From Alphaproteobacteria bacterium (GTDB taxonomy: Bacteria > Pseudomonadota > Alphaproteobacteria > UBA828), in NCBI GenBank assembly GCA_965214705.1, contig CBDCCI010000002.1, forward strand, positions 1,440,001 to 1,504,000: 64,000 nucleotides of DNA, in the 5' to 3' direction. Every line of letters starts with the position of its first letter. Position 1 is the first letter of the stretch. The notes below the pieces were generated by a model. That model did no database searches. It was not told the origin of the DNA and saw only the letters and a list, made by a program, of their open reading frames with translations. Below are positions 19,003 to 27,571 of this stretch, piece after piece. The position numbers and the translations under genes were made by a program.

Positions 19003-20681
19003 GGGTGTAGGTCTGGCATGGCGATCGTAAGTCATTGATTTAGCGCGATTGGCGGGTGGCCGTAGGCAGCCAGAATCGGGTTTTCGTGACAATCGGCCGG
19101 TGCAGGGCCGGATTTTGTCACAACGGCGGCATCCAGCAGTGGTGGGTGGGAACGCTCCGCACCGCGAGATGCGGTAGGATGCCGCGCCGACAACCCAACA
19201 TCAGACCCAACATCAGGAGCGTTCCCATGCCAGTGTCGCAGTCTCTCATCGCCTCGTCCATCGACCTTTTGGGCCTGCCTGCCGAAGTCGCCGAAGCGGT
19301 CGCCCAGGTGGTGGAGTTCTGTCGCGAACAGGCTGGGTCTGACCCGTCTGCCGAGACGTTCGAAACGGTTGAGACGGGGCTGCGGGACGCCATGAACGGC
19401 TTGGGTTGCAAGCTCCTTGGGGCCTTCGCCGAGAGCCGCGACGACGGTGCGAGCCGGATCGAGCGCGACGGACAGAGCTGGGTCCGGGTGGCGGCGACGC
19501 CGAAGACGATCATGACGACGCTCGGTCCCGTGACCTATCGGCGTGCGCGCTATCGCAGCGGCGCGAGCAGCACGTCGCTGGTGCCGGTGGACGAGAGCCT
19601 GGGCCTCATCGACGACTACCTGACGCGGCCGGCGGCGCAGCTCGGGCTGATGATGATGGGCCACTGTACGCCGCGTGAAGCGGAGGAGTTCTTCGCGAAA
19701 ATGGGCGGAATGACGCCGTCGGTGAGCACGCTGCAGCGCCTGGCCCTGAGCATGCATGAGCACTGGGAGAGCGTCGCCCCGGAGACGCTGGCCAGCATCC
19801 GTGAAACCCAGGGCATACCGCCCGATGCGGTCACCGCGTCCGTCTCCCTTGACGGCGTCATGGTGGCGCTGCGGGCCGGCGAGGACGGCCGTGCCGAGGC
19901 GTGCTGGCGCGAGGCCTCTTGCGGCACGGTCTCCTTCCACGACGCCGAGGGCCAACGGCTGAAGACCCTCTATCTCGGCCGTATGCCCGAGAGCGGCAAG
20001 GCCGCGCTGAAAGCGCAACTTGCAAGCGAGGTCGCCCATATCCGCCGTGTGAGCCCGAAGATCAGGATCGGCGCCGTCGCCGACGGGGCCGCCGACAACT
20101 GGACCTTCCTCGAAAGCCTCTCGCCCGAGACCGAGGTCATCGACTTCTGGCACGCTTGCGAGCATCTCCGCGTGGCCTCTGACCATGCGGTGGCGCGCCA
20201 CTGGTTCGAGAAGCACCGCGAAATCCTGCGCCACGACCCCCGCGGCGTCGACAAGGTGATCCGGGCACTGCGCTACCTCCTGGACAGGGCAAAGGGGGAC
20301 CCGGCCGAGATCGAGCGCGAGCTGGCCTTCTTCCGAAAGCACCGCCATCGGATGCGCTACCACGCCCTGAAGGAAGAGGGCATCGCCATCGGCTCGGGTG
20401 TGGTCGAGGCGGCCTGCAAGACCCTCGTCGCGCAGCGCTTGAAACGCTCGGGCATGCGCTGGCGGATCGACGGCGGGCAGGCGGTTCTGACCTTCCGCGC
20501 CCTGATCAAATCCGGCCTCTTCGACCGGGCATGGGATGCGCTCATGGACGCCCGATCCGGACCAGCTAACGACAACATCAGCCCAACCGAAGTCCTGGCA
20601 CTCGCTGCTTGACCAAAATGAACCAGCCCATATCCTTTAGCGCCATCACGACTGGCATATCGCCATACGAGAATCACACCC
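19003..20681 (+). mobile_element. ISKra4-like (Mutator-type DDE) insertion sequence, copy 1, 1679 bp
   Basis: Imperfect IRs GGGTGTAGGTCTGGCATGGCGAT / GGGTGTGATTCTCGTATGGCGAT. 8-bp target duplication TCGAGTTC at 18995-19002 and 20682-20689. Confidence 0.93.
19227..20612 (+). CDS. ISKra4/ISLre2-like transposase
   Basis: SLDGVMV, ADGAADNW, IDFWHACEHL, GSGVVEAACK motifs. ATG at 19227 follows AGGAG. Confidence 0.9.
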   Translation: MPVSQSLIASSIDLLGLPAEVAEAVAQVVEFCREQAGSDPSAETFETVETGLRDAMNGLGCKLLGAFAESRDDGASRIERDGQSWVRVAATPKTIMTTLGPVTYRRARYRSGASSTSLVPVDESLGLIDDYLTRPAAQLGLMMMGHCTPREAEEFFAKMGGMTPSVSTLQRLALSMHEHWESVAPETLASIRETQGIPPDAVTASVSLDGVMVALRAGEDGRAEACWREASCGTVSFHDAEGQRLKTLYLGRMPESGKAALKAQLASEVAHIRRVSPKIRIGAVADGAADNWTFLESLSPETEVIDFWHACEHLRVASDHAVARHWFEKHREILRHDPRGVDKVIRALRYLLDRAKGDPAEIERELAFFRKHRHRMRYHALKEEGIAIGSGVVEAACKTLVAQRLKRSGMRWRIDGGQAVLTFRALIKSGLFDRAWDALMDARSGPANDNISPTEVLALAA

Positions 20682-21784
20682 TCGAGTTCATCAAGCGAGT
20701 CCTCGAGGAGGCCGGCGGCGATCTCTCCGACATCGTGAAGCTCAACACTTACTACCAGCACGACGGGGAGGGCGCCGACATCACCCGTTTCTGGGAGGAG
20801 ATGACCGAGGTCAGGAAGGAATACCTGTCCGATCCCGGCCCGGTGGGGACGGCCGTCCGCGTCCGGGGCTTCGCTTACGAGGGGCTGCTCATCGAGATCG
20901 AGGCCATTGCCGTCGTCGGCCGCAAGAAGCAGCGGCTCATGCCTGCCAACCACTGGGACTGGAGCATTCCGGTCCCATTCTCCCAAGGCTGGAAGGTGGA
21001 CGATCTGATCTTCGTTGGAGGACAGATATCATCTGACGACAAGGGGCACACCATCGCTCCCGACGATATCGGCCAGCAGGTGAGGAACGTCTTCGGCTCG
21101 ATCCAGAGCGTACTCAGGGAGGGCGGCGCGGAGCTATCCGACCTCATAAAGTTCAACACCTACTACGAGTTCGAGGGCGAGGGCGACGCGCTCCGGCAAT
21201 ATTGGGAAGACATGACCAGAGTCCGCATGGAATATCTCAGCGATCCGGGCCCTGCCGGTACCGCGGTCCGGGTCAACGGCTTCGCCTTTGAGGACCTGCT
21301 CGTCGAGATCGAAGGCATCGCCTGCGTGGGCGCGGACAAGCAGCGCCTGATGCCGGCCAACCATTGGGACTGGAGCATACCGGTCCCGCTCTCGCAGGGC
21401 TGGAAGGTCGGCGACTACATCTTCGTCGGCGGTCAGATATCAGGCGATAGCAAGGGAAGCGCCATCGGCGTCGGCGACATCGCCACGCAGACCCGCAACA
21501 CCTTCGAGAACATCCGCGCGGTGCTTAAGGAGGCCGGGGCGGACCTGGAGCACATCGTGCGCCTCAACACGTACTACGACCAGGTCGGTGAGGGTCAGGC
21601 GCTGCAGGACTACTGGGAGGCCATGACCAAGGTCCGGATGGACTATCTCGCGAACCCGGGGCCCGTCGGTACCGCCGTTCGCGTCAACGGTCTCGGCTAT
21701 CAGGATTTGCTCATCGAAATCGAGGCCATCGCCTACGTCGGGTCGTGATTGGATAACCCGTCTTGGCGCCAAGGAGGAGCTGAC

Positions 21785-22690
21785 ATGATCAAGAACCCCG
21801 TTCCCTGGCCGGACGGCGCCAAGTGCGCCGCCGCCATCACATTCGACATCGATACCGACAGCATCCTGCATCTCGAGCACAGGGAGAGGGCGGATACGAT
21901 GCTGTCGTCGCTGTCGTGGCTGAAATACGACGAGGTCGCGATCCCGCGCATTCTCGACATGTACCGGGAATGCGACATCAAGCAGACCTTCTTCTATCCG
22001 GCGTGGTGCATGGAGCGCTATCCCCATCTCGTCGAGATGATCCTCAAGGATGGCCACGAGATCGCCGCCCACGGCTACATTCATGAAGACCCGAACAAGC
22101 TGCCGCGGGAGGAAGAGCACTACTGGCTGAGGCGCCAGATCGACGTCATCGAAAAGATGACCGGCCAGCGCCCGCGCGGCTGGCGCGGCCCGCTCTACAA
22201 CGCGTCCAAGTACTCGGTCGACCTCTTGATCGAGGAGGGGCTCATCTACGACGCCACGCTGATGGGCGACGACGTGCCCTACGTCCTGAAGACAGCGCAG
22301 GGGAGCGTCATCGAGCTTCCCTCTCACTGGGCCATGGACGACTGGCCGCACTACACCCACTCGTTCGACTTCAACTACATGATGACGATCAAGTCGCCGG
22401 ACGAAGCGATGAACGTCTTCATGTCCGAGTTCGAGGCCATGTACGACTTCGGCGGCCTGTGGGTCACCGTGTGGCACCCCTTCGTCTCCGGGCGCCTGGC
22501 GCGCTGCCGCCGCGTCCAGCAGATGATCGAGTACATGCAGAACAAGGGTGGCGTCTGGTTCACGACCATGGAGGAGATCGCCAAACACGTCCAAGCGTGT
22601 ATAGACGACGGCAGCTGGACGCCGCGCGTGGACAACCTGCCCTACTACGACGGCCTGGTGCCGGAACTGGAGAGGCTGGCCGCCGAGTAA
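21785..22690 (+). CDS. Polysaccharide deacetylase (CE4/PuuE-like) family protein
   Basis: WPDGAKCAAAITFDID, GHEIAAHGYIHE, PRGWRGP, WHPFVSGR. GGAGGAG RBS. Confidence 0.88.
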   Translation: MIKNPVPWPDGAKCAAAITFDIDTDSILHLEHRERADTMLSSLSWLKYDEVAIPRILDMYRECDIKQTFFYPAWCMERYPHLVEMILKDGHEIAAHGYIHEDPNKLPREEEHYWLRRQIDVIEKMTGQRPRGWRGPLYNASKYSVDLLIEEGLIYDATLMGDDVPYVLKTAQGSVIELPSHWAMDDWPHYTHSFDFNYMMTIKSPDEAMNVFMSEFEAMYDFGGLWVTVWHPFVSGRLARCRRVQQMIEYMQNKGGVWFTTMEEIAKHVQACIDDGSWTPRVDNLPYYDGLVPELERLAAE

Positions 22691-22739
22691 GGCGAGACGG
22701 ACTGTCCCGTCACAGACGGCTATCGGGATGGAGGGAGAA

Positions 22740-24185
22740 ATGGCTGGCACGACGCTCATCAGGAACGCCGACTGGGTCGTGGGCTACGACCCTGACAAGG
22801 ACGGTCACGTCTACATGCGCGGCGCCGACGTGGCCTTCGCGAACGACACGATCGTCCACGTCGGCAGAGACTACGGTGGCGAGGCCGAGCATGTCATCGA
22901 TGGCAAGGACGTGATGGTCCTTCCCGGAATGCTCGACCTTCATCTGCATGGCTACATGGAAATGCACGGCAAGGGGTTCTTCGAAGACCTCGCCACCAAG
23001 CACATGTGGATGACGCAGCTGCTCGAGTACACGTGGATTCTGCAGGACGACAGGGAATCGTCATTTGCTGCGACTCAGGCGTCGGCCTGCGATCTGCTGA
23101 AGAGCGGCTGCACCACGATGGCGGAACTCTACTGTTCCGGCCTGCCGTTCGACGGATGGGTGGACATGCTGGCAGGCACGGGTATTCGGACCTATGCGTG
23201 CCCAATGGTGCAGTCCGCTCACTGGTACACGTCCGACGGCAAGGATCACCTCTACGAGTGGTACGAAGAGAAGGGCTTCGAGAACCTCGAGCGTTCCCTT
23301 GAGATAATCGACGACGCGATTGCGCATCCCAGCGGCCGCTTGCACGGAATGGTTGGCCCGGCCCAGGCCGACACCTGCACGGAAGAGATGTTCCGGCGGT
23401 GCAAGGGGGCCGCTGACTCCAGAGGGATTCTGTTGCAGACCCATGCTGCACAGTCCGTCATGGAACATCGCGAGATGGTCCGGCGCCACGGCAAGACGCC
23501 GATCGAATGGCTGGACGATATCGGCGTGCTCGGCCCGAACACGCTGTTAGGGCACGCCATCGACATCGACCAGCATCCCTGGGTCAACCACCACGAGCAT
23601 CGCGACCTGGAACGCCTAGCCCGGTCCGGCTCGTCCGTCGTGCATTGCCCGCGCGCCTTCGCCCAGTGGGGAGACATGATGCGGAGCCTCGGCGGCTACC
23701 GCGCCGCCGGCGTCAACATGGCGCTCGGCACCGATTGCTACCCGCACGACCTGGTCGAGGAGATGCGAATCGCAGGCCTCATGTCGAAGGTGGCGAGCGG
23801 CCATGTCGACCTGCTGCCGACAGACGCCGTGTTCGAGATCGCGACGTTGGGCGCCGCCCGGGCGCTCGGTCGGGACGACCTGGGGCGTTTGGCGACCGGT
23901 GCCAAGGCGGATCTCGCCCTGGTCGATCTGCGTCATCCCTCGATGCGCCCGGTGCGCGATCCGCTGAAGTGCCTGATCTATTCCGGCACGGCCGCGGCGG
24001 TCCGCGACGTTTTCGTGAACGGCGAGCAAGTGGTGAAGGACCGCACCGTGCTCACGATCGATCAGGACGATGCGCTGGACCGTCTGCAGGAAGGCCAACA
24101 GCGGGCGCTCGACCGAATTCCGGAACTGGACTGGGCGAAGCGCAGCGCCGACGATATGTCTCCCTTCTGCCTGCCAATCGACTGA
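22740..24185 (+). CDS. Metal-dependent amidohydrolase (chlorohydrolase/deaminase-like)
   Basis: PGMLDLHLH, THAAQS, GHAI, HCP and GTDC motifs. Confidence 0.88.
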   Translation: MAGTTLIRNADWVVGYDPDKDGHVYMRGADVAFANDTIVHVGRDYGGEAEHVIDGKDVMVLPGMLDLHLHGYMEMHGKGFFEDLATKHMWMTQLLEYTWILQDDRESSFAATQASACDLLKSGCTTMAELYCSGLPFDGWVDMLAGTGIRTYACPMVQSAHWYTSDGKDHLYEWYEEKGFENLERSLEIIDDAIAHPSGRLHGMVGPAQADTCTEEMFRRCKGAADSRGILLQTHAAQSVMEHREMVRRHGKTPIEWLDDIGVLGPNTLLGHAIDIDQHPWVNHHEHRDLERLARSGSSVVHCPRAFAQWGDMMRSLGGYRAAGVNMALGTDCYPHDLVEEMRIAGLMSKVASGHVDLLPTDAVFEIATLGAARALGRDDLGRLATGAKADLALVDLRHPSMRPVRDPLKCLIYSGTAAAVRDVFVNGEQVVKDRTVLTIDQDDALDRLQEGQQRALDRIPELDWAKRSADDMSPFCLPID

Positions 24186-24209
24186 ACGGCGATGACCTTT
24201 CACGTCCGG

Positions 24210-24239
24210 CTCTGCTGTTCGGCGCGCCGAACGGCAGAG
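24210..24239 (+). terminator. Hairpin after the amidohydrolase operon, facing the tRNA
   Basis: CTCTGCTGTTCGGCGCGCCGAACGGCAGAG is nearly self-complementary. No clear U-tract. Confidence 0.45.
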
Positions 24240-24369
24240 GAGGGTTACACACAAACTCGGGTGTGGCGACATTGGGGGCGGATCAGGAACAGAAATTGAT
24301 TGACCTTTCCGAAAAGTTGGTCAAACGGGGATCCTAATCCGCTGAAAAGTAAGAGAGAATACAAATAGG

Positions 24370-24444
24370 TGGTGACCCCTACGGGAATTGAACCCGTGTC
24401 TCCACCTTGAAAGAGTGGTGTCCTAACCTCTAGACGAAGGGGTC
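24370..24444 (-). tRNA. tRNA-Glu (anticodon TTC) with encoded CCA
   Basis: Reverse complement folds as a cloverleaf: acceptor GACCCCT/AGGGGTC, anticodon arm CCACT-CT TTC AA-GGTGG, T arm ACGGG TTCAATT CCCGT, ACCA end. Confidence 0.96.
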
Positions 24445-24498
24445 AGCGCGTCAGTCGGCGCTATGTAGCGGGCGTGGTGCCTCGAAATCAAGGGGCGA

Positions 24499-26307
24499 TC
24501 AAGGGTCGGATGGCGGGGGCGCCGGGGCGCCGTCGTCGATGTGGAGCTCGACCGCGCGGGTGCCCCGGCGTCGGTCGAGGCGGAGCCGGCCCGCCAGGTG
24601 GAACGGCTCGCCAGCGCCCGCCAGCAGCGCGTGGCCCAAGGCGTTGTCGGCGGCGCGGAAGGCGATGCCCTTGAGCCGCCTGCCCGAGCGGCCTGCAAGC
24701 TGGCAGCGCACGTGGCCCCGGCCCACGATATCGGTGCGCAGTAGCTGGGCGCCGGCGACGGCGAAGCGGGGCTCCGGGTTGCCGGCGCCGTAGGGGCCGG
24801 CCGCCTCCAGCATCTCCAGCAGGTCCGCCGTCGCGCCCTCGACGCCGAGCGCGCCGTCGAGCCCGAGGGTCGGAGTGCGCTCGGCTTCGTCCGCGTCCGC
24901 GCCCAGGCGCTGATGCAGGAACTCCTCCAGCGGTGAAATCTTCGCACGCTCCACGGTGAAGCCCGCTGCCATCGGGTGGCCGCCGCCATTGACCAGCAAC
25001 CCTGCCTGACGCGCGGCCGTGATCGCGGCGCCGATATCGACGCCCGGCACCGAGCGGCAGGACGCCTTGCCGACACCGTCCGCGCCATCCTCCCAGGCGA
25101 CGACGACCGCCGGCCGGTTGTAGCGCTCCTTCAGCCGGCTCGCGACGATGCCGATGACGCCGGCATGCCAGCGCTCGTCGTGGGCGAAGACCAGGGGGAC
25201 CGCCGCCGTCGCGCCATCGCCCGCCGTTTCGACCTGCTCGATGGCCTCCTCCAGCACCGCCTGCTCGATGGCCTGGCGCTCGCGGTTGAGCGCGTCGAGG
25301 TGCCGGGCGATCTCCCGTGCCTTGTCGTCATCCTCGGTCGTCATCAAGCGCGCGCCCAGGCTGGCTTCGCCGACCCGGCCGCCGGCGTTGACGCGCGGCC
25401 CCAGAATGAAGCCCAGGTGATAGACCCCCGGCGGCTCCTCCAGCCCGGCGACGTCGCCGAGCGCCCTGAGCCCGACGTTGCGGCGCTGGCGCATCATCGT
25501 GAGTCCCTGGCGCACGAAGGCGCGGTTGACGCCGGTAAGCGGCACTACGTCGCAGACGGTGCCGAGCGCCACCAGGTCGAGCCATTGCAGGAGGTCGGGC
25601 TCTTCCCGCTCGCGGTACCAGCCCGCCTCGCGCAGGTGCCGGTTGAGCCCGACGACGAGGAGAAAGGCCACGCCCACGGCGGCGAGCTGGCGGTGCGGGC
25701 TCTCGTCATCCAGCCGGTTGGGGTCGATCACGGCGCACGCCCGTGGCAGCCGCGCTTCGGCCACGTGGTGGTCGACCACGATCACGTCGAGCCCGGCGTC
25801 GGCGGCGTCTTCGAGCGCGTCGAAGGCGCTGATCCCGCAATCCACCGTGACGACCACGCGCACCTCCTGCGCAGCCAGCATGCGCATGGCGTTGGCATTA
25901 GGGCCGTAGCCCTCGCGCAGGCGGTCGGGGATGTAGATGGTCGGCGGATCGGCAACGGCCTCGAAGAATCGGCTGAGCAGCGCGGCGGAGGTCGCGCCGT
26001 CCACGTCGTAGTCGCCGAAGATCGCGATTTTCTCGCCCGCCTCCAGCGCGCCTGCGAGCCGCGCGATGGCCCGCTCCATGTCCTTGAGGTGGAGCGGATC
26101 GGGCAGCAGCCGGCGCAGCGTCGGGTCGAGGTAGTCCGGCGCGTCTTCCGCCGCGATGCCGCGGGCCGCGAGCACGCGCCCGACCAGCTCCGGCACCTCG
26201 ATGGCCTGGGCAAGCGAGAGGCCGGCCATCGAATCGTCGAGCCTCGCGCGCCAGCGCTTGCCGAGCAGCGACCGCTCGACCCCGAGCATCGCCGCCCCGT
26301 CTTTCAT
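24499..26307 (-). CDS. recJ: Single-stranded-DNA exonuclease RecJ
   Basis: GDYDVDG, TVDCG, VDHH, GPRVNAGGR, GGHPMAAG motifs. Confidence 0.96.
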   Translation of the reverse strand: MKDGAAMLGVERSLLGKRWRARLDDSMAGLSLAQAIEVPELVGRVLAARGIAAEDAPDYLDPTLRRLLPDPLHLKDMERAIARLAGALEAGEKIAIFGDYDVDGATSAALLSRFFEAVADPPTIYIPDRLREGYGPNANAMRMLAAQEVRVVVTVDCGISAFDALEDAADAGLDVIVVDHHVAEARLPRACAVIDPNRLDDESPHRQLAAVGVAFLLVVGLNRHLREAGWYREREEPDLLQWLDLVALGTVCDVVPLTGVNRAFVRQGLTMMRQRRNVGLRALGDVAGLEEPPGVYHLGFILGPRVNAGGRVGEASLGARLMTTEDDDKAREIARHLDALNRERQAIEQAVLEEAIEQVETAGDGATAAVPLVFAHDERWHAGVIGIVASRLKERYNRPAVVVAWEDGADGVGKASCRSVPGVDIGAAITAARQAGLLVNGGGHPMAAGFTVERAKISPLEEFLHQRLGADADEAERTPTLGLDGALGVEGATADLLEMLEAAGPYGAGNPEPRFAVAGAQLLRTDIVGRGHVRCQLAGRSGRRLKGIAFRAADNALGHALLAGAGEPFHLAGRLRLDRRRGTRAVELHIDDGAPAPPPSDP

Positions 26308-26325
26308 CGCCTCGCTCTATGCCGT

Positions 26326-26551
26326 AGGGGAGGGGAGCACGTGCCCCCTCCTCACCCCAGCCCTCTCCTCCCCCCGGGGGGAGGAGAGGGATAATTTCCC
26401 ATTGCCGTCTACGACCTCTCTCCGCCCTGTCGGGCCGCAGGCCCGGAGCGCGCGACTGCGCGCCGCGCCGTATGGCGCGAAAGCCAAGCGAGCGGAGCGA
26501 GCGCCCGGCGATTGAGGGAAATGCATAAGCCGGGAGAGGGACAGGGAGAGG
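26326..26551. repeat. REP-like palindromic intergenic element(s)
   Basis: CCCTCTCCTCCCCCCGGGGGGAGGAGAGGG is a perfect palindrome preceded by CCTCACCCCAG. Further hairpins and GGGAGAGGG blocks follow. Confidence 0.6.
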
Positions 26552-26575
26552 TGGGAGGGTCGCAGCGGAGTCACA

Positions 26576-27562
26576 TCACGCGCCGATGCGCTCGGGCGCG
26601 CGGGAGAAATCGTGCTCGGCTTCGATCATGCGCACGGTGCCGGTGCGCGAGCGCATGACCACCGAGCTGGTGCGCGCGCCGTGGGGGAGGCGCGAGACGC
26701 CCCGCAGCATCGCGCCGTCGGTGACTCCGGTGGCGCAAAACATCACCTCGCCGCCGGCAAGCTCGTGCAGGGTGTACTTGCGCTTGAGATCGGTGACGCC
26801 CATCGCTCGAGCGCGCGCCTTCTCGTCGTCGTTGCGGAAGACCAGCCGGCCCATCATCTGGCCGCCGATGCAGCGGAGCGCCGCGGCGGCCAGCACGCCC
26901 TCGGGCGCACCGCCGATCCCCATGTAAATGTCGACGGTGCGGTTGAGCCGCGTGGTCGCGATCACGCCGGCGACGTCGCCGTCCCGGATCAGCTGGATAC
27001 GTGCGCTGGTCTCGCGCACCTTGGCGATCAGCTCCTCGTGCCGGGGCCGATCCAGGATCAGCACGGTCAGCTCGTTGACGTCGCAGTCCTTCGCCTTGGC
27101 GAGCTTGGCCAGCGTCGTGTCCGGGGGGTCGTCGAGGTCGACCAGCTCGTCCGGCAGCCCGTCGCCGACGGCGATCTTGTCCATGTAAGTGTCGGGAGCG
27201 GCGAGGAAGCCGCCTTTTTCCGCCATCGCGAGCACGGCGAGCGCGTTGGGGCCGCCGGTGGCGCAGATGGTTGTGCCTTCGAGTGGGTCGAGCGCGACAT
27301 CCAGGCTGGGCCCCTTGCCGGTGCCCACGGTCTCGCCGATGAAGAGCATCGGCGCCTCGTCCCGCTCGCCTTCGCCGATCACCACCGTGCCGTCGATATC
27401 GAGCGCGTTGAGGCCCCGTCGCATGGCATCGACGGCGGCCTGATCGGCGGCCATCTCGTCGCCGCGACCGATTAGCCGGGCCGCCGCGCGGGCCGCGGCC
27501 TCGGTCACGCGCACCGTGTCCAGCGCCAGGTTCCGGTCGAGGGAGATCGTCTCCTCTGCCAT
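26576..27562 (-). CDS. glpX: Class II fructose-1,6-bisphosphatase
   Basis: VIGEGERDEAPMLFIGE, DPLEGT, DGDV, GGAPEGVL. Confidence 0.96.
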   Translation of the reverse strand: MAEETISLDRNLALDTVRVTEAAARAAARLIGRGDEMAADQAAVDAMRRGLNALDIDGTVVIGEGERDEAPMLFIGETVGTGKGPSLDVALDPLEGTTICATGGPNALAVLAMAEKGGFLAAPDTYMDKIAVGDGLPDELVDLDDPPDTTLAKLAKAKDCDVNELTVLILDRPRHEELIAKVRETSARIQLIRDGDVAGVIATTRLNRTVDIYMGIGGAPEGVLAAAALRCIGGQMMGRLVFRNDDEKARARAMGVTDLKRKYTLHELAGGEVMFCATGVTDGAMLRGVSRLPHGARTSSVVMRSRTGTVRMIEAEHDFSRAPERIGA

Positions 27563-27571
27563 GGACGCCCC

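Larger units (their letters stand above)
18823..21748 (+). pseudogene. Triple-domain Rid (YjgF/RidA superfamily) gene interrupted by an IS; 3' part possibly expressed as an IS-leader fusion (20609-21748)
   Basis: Removing 19003-20681 and one TCGAGTTC copy restores ...QTRNTFEFIKRVLEE... and a 412-aa ORF with three RLMPxNHWDWS...IEAIA/IEGIA repeats. Confidence 0.9.

Noticed and set aside
19032-20363. 443-aa ORF antisense to the transposase, present in both IS copies
   Set aside because: It is repeated only because the IS is duplicated, and there is no independent evidence of coding.
20935-21400. Repeated DNA blocks (CACTGGGACTGGAGCAT...) as a CRISPR or repeat array
   Set aside because: They are coding repeats of the Rid domains, about 415 bp apart. 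No CRISPR array or cas gene was seen in the window.
1-24369. Prophage or integrative element downstream of tRNA-Glu
   Set aside because: No integrase, phage or conjugation genes, and no att duplication noticed by eye.
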